The notes beneath the pieces are model-generated. The model was not told the origin of the DNA, ran no database searches, and saw only the letters and a program-made list of their open reading frames with translations. From Octopus vulgaris (taxonomy: Eukaryota): DNA of 64,000 bases. Positions 22,919 through 36,853 of the stretch are shown in pieces (the first letter of the stretch is position 1; every line of letters starts with the position of its first letter). The position numbers and the translations under genes were made by a program. The stretch lies in NCBI GenBank assembly GCA_951406725.2, contig CATOCA020000001.1, positions 4,464,001-4,528,000 on the forward strand, read 5' to 3'.

Positions 22919-23477
22919 TAGGCGCGTGGCTTAGTGGTTAGGGTGTCAGCATCATGATCGCATGATTGTGGTTTCGATTCCTGGACGGGGCGACGCGTTG
23001 GGTTCTTGAGCAAAACACTTCATTTCACGTTGCTCCAGTCCACTCAGCTGGCAAAAATGAGTAACGCTGCGATGGACTGGCGACCCCTCCAGCTGGGGAT
23101 CACATACGCCATTGAAACCGGGAAACCGGGCCCATGAGCCTGTCTAGGCTTTAAAAGGGCGAATTTATTTTGTGAGGCGCAATGGCTCTGTGGTTAGGGG
23201 AGCGGACTCGCGGTCGGAGGATGGCGGTTTCGATTCCCAGACCGTGTATTGTGTGTGTTTATTGAGCGAAAACACCTAATGCTCCACGAGGCTCAGGCAG
23301 GGTGTGGTGGCGAAGCCCTGTTCTACTCTTTCGTCCCAACTTTCTCTCATACTTTCTTCCTGTTTCTTTGGTAACGCTGTGATGGACTGGCGTCCCGTCC
23401 GGCTGGGGAACACATATGCCACATAAACCGGGAAACCGGGCCCATGAACGCTGACTAGGCTTGAAAAGGGCGCATAA
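22919..23477 (+). mobile_element. Two adjacent family C-related SINEs
   Basis: tRNA-like heads at 22919 and 23174, shared tail CCGGGAAACCGGGCCCATGA..TAGGCTT.AAAGGGCG; mirror 37295-37854. Confidence 0.82.
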
Positions 23478-23920
23478 AAAGATACGGACAGAGAATGGCA
23501 CAGAGAGAACGAGTGTGAGTGAAAGAGAGGGAGAGTTTGAGTGAGGGCAAAACAATCTCATAAACCCCACTCCCAAGGAAGAGAAACTATGAGTTACTTC
23601 TACACGTCCTCTTGGAGATTATGTGAAGTTAATTTCACATGTGCCCCCGTCCAACTCCCGCATCTGGAGCCCACTTCTCTCTTGACTTCCATACCTCTGT
23701 ATCTATTCTTGGCCTTTACTTTTCACGGGTTGCACCCTATAGTATTTCTGTTTTACTTCCATCAAATCAGTTATGGTCATTTCCACCATGGTAACAAGCT
23801 CCTATCTTCTTCCTTACTAATTCTTCAGATCCTTTCAACCAAAACAGCTTCGTCATCAACATTTATTCTTGTTAGATAGTAACATTATCGTTAATAATAT
23901 TTATATATCTTGTATATATA

Positions 23921-24099
23921 GGCGCAGGAGTGGCTGTATAGGCGCAGAAGTGGCTGTGTGGTAGGTAGCTTGTTTACCAACCACATGGTTTCGGGTTCAG
24001 TCCCACTGCGTGGCACCTTGGGCAAGTGTCTTCTACTATAGCCTCGGGCCGACCAAAGCCTTGTGAGTGGATTTGGTAGACGGAAACTGAAAGAAGCCC

Positions 24100-24134
<35 letters not shown>

Positions 24135-24360
24135 TGTGTGTGTTTGTGTCTGTGCTTGTCCCCCTAGCATTGCTTGACAACCGATGCTGGTGTGTTTATG
24201 TCCCCGTTACTTAGCGGTTCGGCAAAAGAGACCGATAGAATAAGTACTGGGCTTACAAAAGAATAAGTCCCAGGGTCGAGTTGCTCGATTAAAGGCGTTG
24301 CTCCAGCATGGCCGCAGTCAAATGACTGAAACAAGTAAAAGAAACGAATAAAAGAAAAGA
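23921..24360 (+). mobile_element. SINE family A with duplicated 20-bp head
   Basis: GGCGCAGGAGTGGCTGTATA-GGCGCAGAAGTGGCTGTGTG; mirror 36412-36853. Confidence 0.9.
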
Positions 24361-24407
24361 AACGAATATATAGATATATGTGTGTGCGTGTACATATATA
24401 CTACTAT

Positions 24408-25287
24408 GGCACTCCGTCGGTTGAGACGAAGAGGTTTCCAGTTGATCCAGTCAACGGAAGACTACTCGTGAAATTCTTTTCTACTCTAGACACAAGATCC
24501 GAAATTTTAGGGGAGTGGGCCATCGATTAGATCTACACCAGTACGAAACTTGTACTTGATTTATCTACACCGAAATGATGAAAGGCAAAGTCGACCTCGA
24601 CGGAATTTGAACTCAGAAAGTAAAGACAGACGAAATACCTATTTCTTTACTACCAACAGGGGGCTAAACAGAGAGGGGCAAACAAGGACAGACATAGGTA
24701 TTAAGTCGATCATATCGACCCCAGTGCGTAACAGACCCTTATTTAATCGACACCGAAACGATGAAAGGCAAAGTCGACCTCGGCGGAATTTGAACTCAGA
24801 AAGTAAAGACAGACGAAATACCTATTTCTTTACTACCAACAGGGGCTAAACACAGAGGGGACGAAAAAGGACAGACAAACGGACGAAGTCGATTATATCA
24901 ACCCCAGTGCGTAACTGGTCCTTATTTAATCGACCTCGAAACGATGAAAGGCAAAGTCGACCTCGGCGGAATTTGAACTCAGAACGTAGCGACAGACGAA
25001 ATACTGCTAAGTATTTCGCCAGGCGGGCTAACGTTTCTGCCAGCACGCCGCCTTAGACTCTTCGTGAAATTAATATGCAAGTAGCTGAGTACTCCACAGA
25101 CACGTGTACCCTTAACGTAGTTCTCGGTGAGATTCAGCGTGACACATAGTGTGACATGGCTGGCCCCTTTGAAATACAGGTACAACAGAAACAGGAAGAC
25201 AGAGTGAGAGAAAGTTGTGGTGAAATAATACAGCAGGGTTCGCCACCAGCCCTTGCTGGAGCCTCGAAGAGCTTTACGTGTTTTAGT
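24408..25287 (-). mobile_element. Family C SINE split by a trimeric family B insertion (24476-25054)
   Basis: 17-bp imperfect TSD AGACT(AC/CT)TCGTGAAATT at 24459-24475 and 25055-25071; mirror 35487-36365. Confidence 0.82.
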
Positions 25288-25502
25288 TTAATGAACATTT
25301 GCGATGAGTTGGACTTTATTTCACATTCCTTGACAAGAATGACTCACCCTGCGATGGACTGTTGTCCCGTCCATATGCGGAATATATATGCCAAGGTAGA
25401 CTGTTCCCAAGCGTCTAGCTGCCAACAGAAGTAACTTTATTTACTATTTATATATGTATATATATGTGTATGTATATGTGCGTATATATGTATGTATTTG
25501 CT

Positions 25503-25800
25503 TGCTTTTTAAGTCTAGTATTTATTCTATCGGAGCTTTTGCCGAACCGCAAAGTTACGGGGACGTAAACACTACAGCATTGGTTGTGAAGCGATGGTGC
25601 GGTGACAAACACAAACACAAACATATATATATATATATACATCCGATGGGCTTCTTTCAGTTTCCATCTACCTAATCTACTCACAAGGATTGGGTCAGCC
25701 CGTGGCTATAGAATAAGACACTCACCAAAGGTGCCTCGCAGTGAGATTGAACTCAGAACAATGTGGTAGGTAAGCAAGCTTCTCACCACACAGTCACGTG
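25503..25800 (-). mobile_element. SINE family A, diverged
   Basis: Collinear with family A; mirror 34972-35270. Confidence 0.75.
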
Positions 25801-25882
25801 TCACTTTTCAACTTTCTATATATGAATGTATATATTTGTCTATATAAATATATTGTTATGAGCACACGTACATCGAGAAATG

Positions 25883-25945
<63 letters not shown>

Positions 25946-26255
25946 TACACACATACATACATGCACAGATATATACAGAAACACAAACACAACAAAATCG
26001 AAGTAGTCGCCCACACGCATGCACGGGCACACACACACAAAGCGTCAATTACTGCTATGTCTTGATAACCACATATCCTGTTGGTATTATTTATAGTTAT
26101 TTGCTGGAAGCCTACATTCTGGGTTCGAATTCTATTATTCAACACTAAATTATCATTTCAGGGTTGACGAAATAACAACTATGAAACTACATATATATAT
26201 AAGTATGTATGAAAGTATATATTCATCCACTCTCACTAATGAAGGTGGGTAAATG

Positions 26256-26293
<38 letters not shown>

Positions 26294-26335
26294 TATATAT
26301 TTGCATGTATATATATATATATATATATTCATATA

Positions 26336-26387
<52 letters not shown>

Positions 26388-26438
26388 TATATACATGCAT
26401 GTATATATATATATATATATACATACACATATACATAC

Positions 26439-26500
<62 letters not shown>

Positions 26501-26539
26501 GTAAATATATAGATATATATATACACACATATATACACG

Positions 26540-26613
<74 letters not shown>

Positions 26614-27549
26614 TATATATATATTGTTAAAATCATCATAGCATATTTCTAAGGAGTTGTTTTGCTGCTATTTCTAGCATTTAAATTGTCTTCCACAACG
26701 TCCTTCTTTAGTGGGAGAGAGTCAGACAGAGAGTGAGGAAGAGTCAAAAAGAGAGTGAGAATGAACATTGAACAGCTTTATAGAGAGGGGGATTAGATAA
26801 ACTAGATTGTCTACCTGTTTTATTCTCTCCCTCACTCTAAGTCTAATTATATATGTATTTATTTCTCCCTCTGCTTTCATTCAATCTATTTCACCCTCTC
26901 TTGATCTCTTATTCTATTTCTCTTCCACTCTCTCTCTCTCTATCATTCTCACCCACGCATTTTCTTGTCGCTTTCCATAAAATTTTAAACATGGAGAGTA
27001 GACAAAAATTTAGATTTCAATACATATGGCTTCTATTCGTCTGAATTGTTCAAACACGCCCCAGCTGGAACATGTTATATACATATACCACATATAATTA
27101 TACACAAATCATGTATATATATACACGAAATTATTAAAATTATGAAAAAGAGTATCTAAGAGATACCATCATACTAGACATAGCAGCCAAAACTTGAGTC
27201 TAAAACCACCTTAAATGTTCACACCAGGAGAGTTTTGGCCCACTGTATGACACCTTGGGCAAGTACCTTCTTCTATGTGTGTGTGTGTGTGTATGTTTCC
27301 ATTTGCCTTTACTGAAAATTGCTCTGCAATGAACGATTAGATTATCATTTTCCCTGTTAATAGACAAAACATTGGAATAAGTGATCCCTTGAACAACAGG
27401 TAAGGGTTAGTAACATGAAGGGGATCCAGATGTAGAAAGAACGGATCAATAATATACACACACACACACACACATACACACACAAACGTATACACACACA
27501 CACATTCAGTTTTAATTTATAGACACACATTAATTTACAGGGTACAACC

Positions 27550-27743
27550 TAAGACGAGTGGTCCCCGTGCGCACAATCGTGTACAAGCGCATCCGAGGAA
27601 GCTAGTCGTGACTAGTCGATCCTTACTTTGTGTTTTTGTGTTTCATTTACTTTGCTAGGTAGTCGTTGTAGGATCGACTAGTCACGACTATCTAGCGCGC
27701 GTGCGCGAGTAAACGAGTGCGCGCACCAGGACCACTCTTCTTA
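27550..27743. mobile_element. MITE-like GC-rich palindrome
   Basis: TIR TAAGACGAGTGGTCC / GGACCACTCTTCTTA and an internal perfect inversion TAGTCGTGACTAGTCGATCCT / AGGATCGACTAGTCACGACTA; mirror 33044-33237. Confidence 0.72.
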
Positions 27744-28179
27744 ATTAAATGGTATCTAGTTTCCACAGCGGAGAAATCCACCCTTGTTAAAACATCTACA
27801 CAAAACCACACCATTTCAGGCTGACTTAACAGAGACCCTACTCTGTGTTACCTCCATCTCTGTCCCCCACAAAGCGGCCACGCTCTTGTAAGTTTCGTAA
27901 CGAAAAACAAAAGCATTAATTTCCTGATCTCATAATTGGATCACGCACTTTTACGATAATTAATATCGTATCATTAATTTATAGACACACAGACAGAGTT
28001 TAAGATGAAAGGATGTTCATTCAAGCGTTAAATGGTCCCAAATGAAATAAAAATGAATTTACCTCAGTTTAGTTTTAAACAGTTGCAACGGATCCGGGGT
28101 CCCAATTAATTTCAAATTTTCTGTTGCCGGATCTAAGTTCGATGGCAAGTAAGCGGAGATAACTCTCGAAATATAAGCG

Positions 28180-28466
28180 GAGTTGGGGTATGTGTTAAGT
28201 AGCCTGCGTACCAAGCACATGGTTCCGTGTTCAGTCCCACTGCGTCGCACCTTGGGCGAGTGACTTCTACTATAGCCTCGGCCGACCAAAGCCTTGTGAG
28301 TGGATCTGGTTGACGGAAACTGAAGAAAGCCCCGTCGTAAATATGTACATGTTTGGCCCGAGACTATAGTAGAAAACACTTGCCCAAGCTGCCACACAGT
28401 GGGACTGATCTCGGAACCAGGTGGTTGGTAATCAAGCTACTTACCACTCAGCCACTCCTATGCCTA
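28180..28466. mobile_element. Two inverted family A SINE 5' halves
   Basis: + head 28180-28338 and - head 28352-28466; mirror 32327-32612. Confidence 0.75.
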
Positions 28467-28540
28467 CAGTCTCAAAGACTGACAATTATTTTAGAATTCT
28501 CTATCTTATATTTTGTTTACACGCCCCCATACATATATAT

Positions 28541-28631
<91 letters not shown>

Positions 28632-29592
28632 GTAAACTCTATTTCCAGTCCTTCTACATTTGTATTTCTCAAGATTCAAGACAAGAAAATTGTTTTTACC
28701 TTATTTCAAATGGTTTCGAGACGCGTGGTTCCAAGTGTCCTTACGAAGCGAGCTGTAATGAATATGTGTTTGTTACTTATTTAATAATCAGGAGGTGACT
28801 ACTCTGATTCAATTTCGTGCCACACCTGACTAACACGAAATCTTTTATTCAAATTTGAATGCTCTTTACAATTTGTCATGTCAAAGTATTATTCAATTCA
28901 TTTCGTATGACGTAACCTCTCCATAATTGTTTGAAAACCTATGTGCATATATATATATGGATAAGAATATATATATATGCGTATGTGTGTGTGTGTGTGT
29001 ACATATGTATGTAGATTATATAAAACCCACTTAAATCTTGTCAAACCAGTTTTCTTGTAAACTTTTCATACACACATACAAAACACAGCCACACCCACAC
29101 TGATTTTGTGCTCATGATTTCGAATTCCAGCTTTGAGGTCCTGAAACAAATACCTAATTTCAAATTGTTCCAGTCAACAGAGCTGAAAATAAATAACCCT
29201 GTGTTCGACTGGTTCCCTGTTTAGGGAGAATGTCATTGTCTTGGTCACTTATAAACCTTAGTCCTGAAAACAGCGTCAAGAATTGCAGTGTGACCAGCAA
29301 GAAATAATGACGTCCGATTATCCGGACGGTTGAGTGACTATATAAATATATTATGCATGTATGTATGCATGTATGTGTGTGTATGTATGTATGTATGTAT
29401 GTATGAATGCATGTATGCATACATGGTTATCTATGTATTATGTGTATATGCATGTACGTATGTGTTATATATGTATGTATGTACGTATGTATATATGTAT
29501 GTGTGTGTATATGTATGTATTATGTGTATAAGTATGTATATGTAAGTGTTACGTATGTATGCAAGCATGTATATATATATATATATATATGC

Positions 29593-29634
<42 letters not shown>

Positions 29635-29970
29635 TATGTGAAAATGTATGTATGTATGTGTGTATGTATGTATATGTGTACGAATGTATGTTTGCATACA
29701 TGGGTATATATGTATTATGTGTATATGCATGTACGTACGCGTTATATATGTATGTATGTACGTACGTATGTATAAATGTATTACGTATGTATGCAAGTAT
29801 GTATATATATATATATGTATGCATGTGTATATATATATATATATATATATGTATTATGTGAAAATGTATATATATATATATATCCCTTCTTTCCTGAGCG
29901 CCCAATAATACTTTATCTGTTCCGCATCCTCGCGTTGTTGTCTTTTGTTTTCTTGTTTGGATTAACTTTA

Positions 29971-30001
<31 letters not shown>

Positions 30002-30021
30002 CTCTCTCTCTCTCTCTCTCT

Positions 30022-30328
30022 CTTGGGCAAGTGTCTTCTACTATAGCCCCGGGCTGACCAATGCCTTGTGAGTGGATTTGGTAGACGGAAACTGAAAGAA
30101 GCCTGTCGTATATATGTGTGTGTGTGTTTGTGTGTCTGTGTTTGTCTCCCTAGTATTGCTTGACAACCGATGCTGGTGTGTTTACGTCCCCGTCACTTAG
30201 CGGATCGCCAAAAGAGACCGATAGAATAAGTACTAGGCTTACGAAGAATAAGCCCCAGGGTCTATTTGCTCGACTAAAGGCGGTGCTCCAGCATGGCCGC
30301 AGTCAAATGACTGAAACAAGTAAAAAAA
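30022..30328 (+). mobile_element. SINE family A (5'-truncated), innermost left arm
   Basis: Starts after (TC)n at CTTGGGCAAG; ends GAAACAAGTAAAAAAA. Confidence 0.88.
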
Positions 30329-30475
30329 TAGAGTATATGCATATATACACACACATATGTAGATGCATATACTCAACATTTAGACATACTAAACGACTTA
30401 TACGTAAGTGTCTAAAAGTGTATGTGTATGTAGATGCTTATATATAAATATATATATATACATATATATATATAT
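30329..30475. other. Unique spacer / symmetry centre of the giant palindrome
   Basis: Only unpaired segment between the arms; contains its own short inverted repeats. Confidence 0.9.
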
Positions 30476-30779
30476 TTTTTTTTACTTGTTTCAGTCATTT
30501 GACTGCGGCCATGCTGGAGCACACTGCCTTTAGTCGAGCAAATAGACCCTGGGGCTTATTCTTCGTAAGCCTAGTACTTATTCTATCGGTCTCTTTTGGC
30601 GATCCGCTAAGTGACGGGGACGTAAACACACCAGCATCGGTTGTCAAGCAATACTAGGGAGACAAACACAGACACACAAACACACACACACATATATACA
30701 CAGGCTTCTTTCAGTTTCCGTCTACCAAATCCACTCACAAGGCATTGGTCAGCCCGGGGCTATAGCAGAAGACACTTGC

Positions 30780-30784
<5 letters not shown>
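30476..30784 (-). mobile_element. SINE family A, innermost right arm
   Basis: Reverse complement of 30022-30328 with a few differences. Confidence 0.88.
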
Positions 30785-30824
<40 letters not shown>

Positions 30825-30941
30825 AGTTAATCCAAACAAGAAAACAAAAGACAACAACGCGAGGATGTGGAACAGATAAAGTATTATTGGGCGCTCAGGA
30901 AAGAAGGGATATATATATATATATATATACATTTTCACATA

Positions 30942-30977
<36 letters not shown>

Positions 30978-31165
30978 GCATACATATATATATATATACA
31001 TACTTGCATACATACGTAATACATTTATACATACGTACGTACATACATACATATATAACGCGTACGTACATGCATATACACATAATACATATATACCCAT
31101 GTATGCAAACATACATTCGTACACATATACATACATACACACATACATACATACATTTTCACATA

Positions 31166-31205
<40 letters not shown>

Positions 31206-32167
31206 GCATATATATATATATATATATACATGCTTGCATACATACGTAACACTTACATATACATACTTATACACATAATACATACATATACACACACATA
31301 CATATATACATACGTACATACATACATATATAACACATACGTACATGCATATACACATAATACATAGATAACCATGTATGCATACATGCATTCATACATA
31401 CATACATACATACATACACACATACATGCATACATACATGCATAATATATTTATATAGTCACTCAACCGTCCGGATAATCGGACGTCATTATTTCTTGCT
31501 GGTCACACTGCAATTCTTGACGCTGTTTTCAGGACTAAGGTTTATAAGTGACCAAGACAATGACATTCTCCCTAAACAGGGAACCAGTCGAACACAGGGT
31601 TATTTATTTTCAGCTCTGTTGACTGGAACAATTTGAAATTAGGTATTTGTTTCAGGACCTCAAAGCTGGAATTCGAAATCATGAGCACAAAAATCAGTGT
31701 GGGTGTGGCTGTGTTTTGTATGTGTGTATGAAAAGTTTACAAGAAAACTGGTTTGACAAGATTTAAGTGGGTTTTATATAATCTACATACATATGTACAC
31801 ACACACACACACACATACGCATATATATATATTCTTATCCATATATATATATGCACATAGGTTTTCAAACAATTATGGAGAGGTTACGTCATACGAAATG
31901 AATTGAATAATACTTTGACATGACAAATTGTAAAGAGCATTCAAATTTGAATAAAAGATTTCGTGTTAGTCAGGTGTGGCACGAAATTGAATCAGAGTAG
32001 TCACCTCCTGATTATTAAATAAGTAACAAACACATATTCATTACAGCTCGCTTCGTAAGGACACTTGGAACCACGCGTCTCGAAACCATTTGAAATAAGG
32101 TAAAAACAATTTTCTTGTCTTGAATCTTGAGAAATACAAATGTAGAAGGACTGGAAATAGAGTTTAC

Positions 32168-32258
<91 letters not shown>

Positions 32259-33043
32259 GTATGGGGGCGTGTAAACAAAATATAAGATAGAGAATTCTAA
32301 AATAATTGTCAGTCTTTGAGACTGTAGGCATAGGAGTGGCTGAGTGGTAAGTAGCTTGATTACCAACCACCTGGTTCCGAGATCAGTCCCACTGTGTGGC
32401 AGCTTGGGCAAGTGTTTTCTACTATAGTCTCGGGCCAAACATGTACATATTTACGACGGGGCTTTCTTCAGTTTCCGTCAACCAGATCCACTCACAAGGC
32501 TTTGGTCGGCCGAGGCTATAGTAGAAGTCACTCGCCCAAGGTGCGACGCAGTGGGACTGAACACGGAACCATGTGCTTGGTACGCAGGCTACTTAACACA
32601 TACCCCAACCCCGCTTATATTTCGAGAGTTATCTCCGCTTACTTGCCATCGAACTTAGATCCGGCAACAGAAAATTTGAAATTAATTGGGACCCCGGATC
32701 CGTTGCAACTGTTTAAAACTAAACTGAGGTAAATTCATTTTTATTTCATTTGGGACCATTTAACGCTTGAATGAACATCCTTTCATCTTAAACTCTGTGT
32801 GTCTATAAATTAATGATACGATATTAATTATCGTAAAAGTGCGTGATCCAATTATGAGATCAGGAAATTAATGCTTTTGTTTTTCGTTACGAAACTTACA
32901 AGAGCGTGGCCGCTTTGTGGGGGACAGAGATGGAGGTAACACAGAGTAGGGTCTCTGTTAAGTCAGCCTGAAATGGTGTGGTTTTGTGTAGATGTTTTAA
33001 CAAGGGTGGATTTCTCCGCTGTGGAAACTAGATACCATTTAAT

Positions 33044-33237
33044 TAAGAAGAGTGGTCCTGGTGCGCGCACTCGTTTACTCGCGCACGCGCGCTAGATAGT
33101 CGTGACTAGTCGATCCTACAACGACTACCTAGCAAAGTAAATGAAACACAAAAACACAAAGTAAGGATCGACTAGTCACGACTAGCTTCCTCGGATGCGC
33201 TTGTACACGATTGTGCGCACGGGGGCCACTCGTCTTA
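33044..33237. mobile_element. MITE-like palindrome (mirror copy)
   Basis: Reverse complement of 27550-27743. Confidence 0.72.
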
Positions 33238-34279
33238 GGTTGTACCCTGTAAATTAATGTGTGTCTATAAATTAAAACTGAATGTGTGTGTGTGTATACG
33301 TTTGTGTGTGTATGTGTGTGTGTGTGTGTGTATATTATTGATCCGTTCTTTCTACATCTGGATCCCCTTCATGTTACTAACCCTTACCTGTTGTTCAAGG
33401 GATCACTTATTCCAATGTTTTGTCTATTAACAGGGAAAATGATAATCTAATCGTTCATTGCAGAGCAATTTTCAGTAAAGGCAAATGGAAACATACACAC
33501 ACACACACACATAGAAGAAGGTACTTGCCCAAGGTGTCATACAGTGGGCCAAAACTCTCCTGGTGTGAACATTTAAGGTGGTTTTAGACTCAAGTTTTGG
33601 CTGCTATGTCTAGTATGATGGTATCTCTTAGATACTCTTTTTCATAATTTTAATAATTTCGTGTATATATATACATGATTTGTGTATAATTATATGTGGT
33701 ATATGTATATAACATGTTCCAGCTGGGGCGTGTTTGAACAATTCAGACGAATAGAAGCCATATGTATTGAAATCTAAATTTTTGTCTACTCTCCATGTTT
33801 AAAATTTTATGGAAAGCGACAAGAAAATGCGTGGGTGAGAATGATAGAGAGAGAGAGTGGAAGAGAAATAGAATAAGAGATCAAGAGAGGGTGAAATAGA
33901 TTGAATGAAAGGCAGAGGGAGAAATAAATACATATATAATTAGACTTAGATTGAGGGAGAGAATAAAACAGGTAGACAATCTAGTTTATCTAATCCCCCT
34001 CTCTATAAAGCTGTTCAATGTTCATTCTCACTCTCTTTTTGACTCTTCCTCACTCTCTGTCTGACTCTCTCCCACTAAAGAAGGACGTTGTGGAAGACAA
34101 TTTAAATGCTAGAAATAGCAGCAAAACAACTCCTTAGAAATATGCTATGATGATTTTAACAATATATATATATATATTTATCTATCTATCTATATATATA
34201 TATATATATGTGTGCGTGTGTATATATATATATACGTGTATATATGTGTGTATATATATATCTATATATTTACATATAC

Positions 34280-34333
<54 letters not shown>

Positions 34334-34476
34334 GTATGTATATGTGTATGTATATATATATATATATATACATGCATGTATATATGTGTGTGTATATATA
34401 TATATATATATATGTATGTATATATGTATGTATATATGAATATATATATATATATATATATACATGCAAATATATA

Positions 34477-34512
<36 letters not shown>

Positions 34513-34836
34513 CATTTACCCACCCTCATTAGTGAGAGTGGATGAATATATACTTTCATACATACTTATATATATATATGTAGTTTCATAGTTGTTATTT
34601 CGTCAACCCTGAAATGATAATTTAGTGTTGAATAATAGAATTCGAACCCAGAATGTAGGCTTCCAGCAAATAACTATAAATAATACCAACAGGATATGTG
34701 GTTATCAAGACATAGCAGTAATTGACGCTTTGTGTGTGTGTGTGCCCGTGCATGCGTGTGGGCGACTACTTCGATTTTGTTGTGTTTGTGTTTCTGTATA
34801 TATCTGTGCATGTATGTATGTGTATATATATGTATA

Positions 34837-34889
<53 letters not shown>

Positions 34890-36411
34890 ATTTCTCGATG
34901 TACGTGTGCTCATAACAATATATTTATATAGACAAATATATACATTCATATATAGAAAGTTGAAAAGTGACACGTGACTGTGTGGTGAGAAGCTTGCTTA
35001 CCTACCACATTGTTCTGAGTTCAATCTCACTGCGAGGCACCTTTGGTGAGTGTCTTATTCTATAGCCACGGGCTGACCCAATCCTTGTGAGTAGATTAGG
35101 TAGATGGAAACTGAAAGAAGACCATCGGATGTATATATATATATATATGTTTGTGTTTGTGTTTGTCACCGCACCATCGCTTCACAACCAATGCTGTAGT
35201 GTTTACGTCCCCGTAACTTTGCGGTTCGGCAAAAGCTCCCGATAGAATAAATACTAGACTTAAAAAGCAAGCAAATACATACATATATACGCACATATAC
35301 ATACACATATATATACATATATAAATAGTAAATAAAGTTACTTCTGTTGGCAGCTAGACGCTTGGGAACAGTCTACCTTGGCATATATATTCCGCATATG
35401 GACGGGACAACAGTCCATCGCAGGGTGAGTCATTCTTGTCAAGGAATGTGAAATAAAGTCCAACTCATCGCAAATGTTCATTAAACTAAAACACGTAAAG
35501 CTCTTCGAGGCTCCAGCAAGGGCTGGTGGCGAACCCTGCTGTATTATTTCACCACAACTTTCTCTCACTCTGTCTTCCTGTTTCTGTTGTACCTGTATTT
35601 CAAAGGGGCCAGCCATGTCACACTATGTGTCACGCTGAATCTCACCGAGAACTACGTTAAGGGTACACGTGTCTGTGGAGTACTCAGCTACTTGCATATT
35701 AATTTCACGAAGAGTCTAAGGCGGCGTGCTGGCAGAAACGTTAGCCCGCCTGGCGAAATACTTAGCAGTATTTCGTCTGTCGCTACGTTCTGAGTTCAAA
35801 TTCCGCCGAGGTCGACTTTGCCTTTCATCGTTTCGAGGTCGATTAAATAAGGACCAGTTACGCACTGGGGTTGATATAATCGACTTCGTCCGTTTGTCTG
35901 TCCTTTTTCGTCCCCTCTGTGTTTAGCCCCCTGTTGGTAGTAAAGAAATAGGTATTTCGTCTGTCTTTACTTTCTGAGTTCAAATTCCGCCGAGGTCGAC
36001 TTTGCCTTTCATCGTTTCGGTGTCGATTAAATAAGGGTCTGTTACGCACTGGGGTCGATATGATCGACTTAATACCTATGTCTGTCCTTGTTTGCCCCTC
36101 TCTGTTTAGCCCCCTGTTGGTAGTAAAGAAATAGGTATTTCGTCTGTCTTTACTTTCTGAGTTCAAATTCCGTCGAGGTCGACTTTGCCTTTCATCATTT
36201 CGGTGTAGATAAATCAAGTACAAGTTTCGTACTGGTGTAGATCTAATCGATGGCCCACTCCCCTAAAATTTCGGATCTTGTGTCTAGAGTAGAAAAGAAT
36301 TTCACGAGTAGTCTTCCGTTGACTGGATCAACTGGAAACCTCTTCGTCTCAACCGACGGAGTGCCATAGTAGTATATATGTACACGCACACACATATATC
36401 TATATATTCGT

Positions 36412-36638
36412 TTCTTTTCTTTTATTCGTTTCTTTTACTTGTTTCAGTCATTTGACTGCGGCCATGCTGGAGCAACGCCTTTAATCGAGCAACTCGACCC
36501 TGGGACTTATTCTTTTGTAAGCCCAGTACTTATTCTATCGGTCTCTTTTGCCGAACCGCTAAGTAACGGGGACATAAACACACCAGCATCGGTTGTCAAG
36601 CAATGCTAGGGGGACAAGCACAGACACAAACACACACA

Positions 36639-36670
<32 letters not shown>

Positions 36671-36853
36671 CGACGGGCTTCTTTCAGTTTCCGTCTACCA
36701 AATCCACTCACAAGGCTTTGGTCGGCCCGAGGCTATAGTAGAAGACACTTGCCCAAGGTGCCACGCAGTGGGACTGAACCCGAAACCATGTGGTTGGTAA
36801 ACAAGCTACCTACCACACAGCCACTTCTGCGCCTATACAGCCACTCCTGCGCC
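36412..36853 (-). mobile_element. SINE family A (mirror)
   Basis: Reverse complement of 23921-24360. Confidence 0.88.

Noticed and set aside
22919-22995. tRNA gene
   Set aside because: tRNA-like A/B boxes are SINE heads continuing into SINE body; no complete cloverleaf with acceptor stem.
28690-28800. Minus-strand CTGATTA...CGAAACC..GGTA as a hammerhead
   Set aside because: Core deviates, stems I and II cannot be formed convincingly, and the paralog at 20140-20245 does not conserve it.
25156-35616. Identical ORF pairs on opposite strands as duplicated genes
   Set aside because: Chance ORFs in SINEs or unique DNA, duplicated by the inverted repeat; no domain signal.
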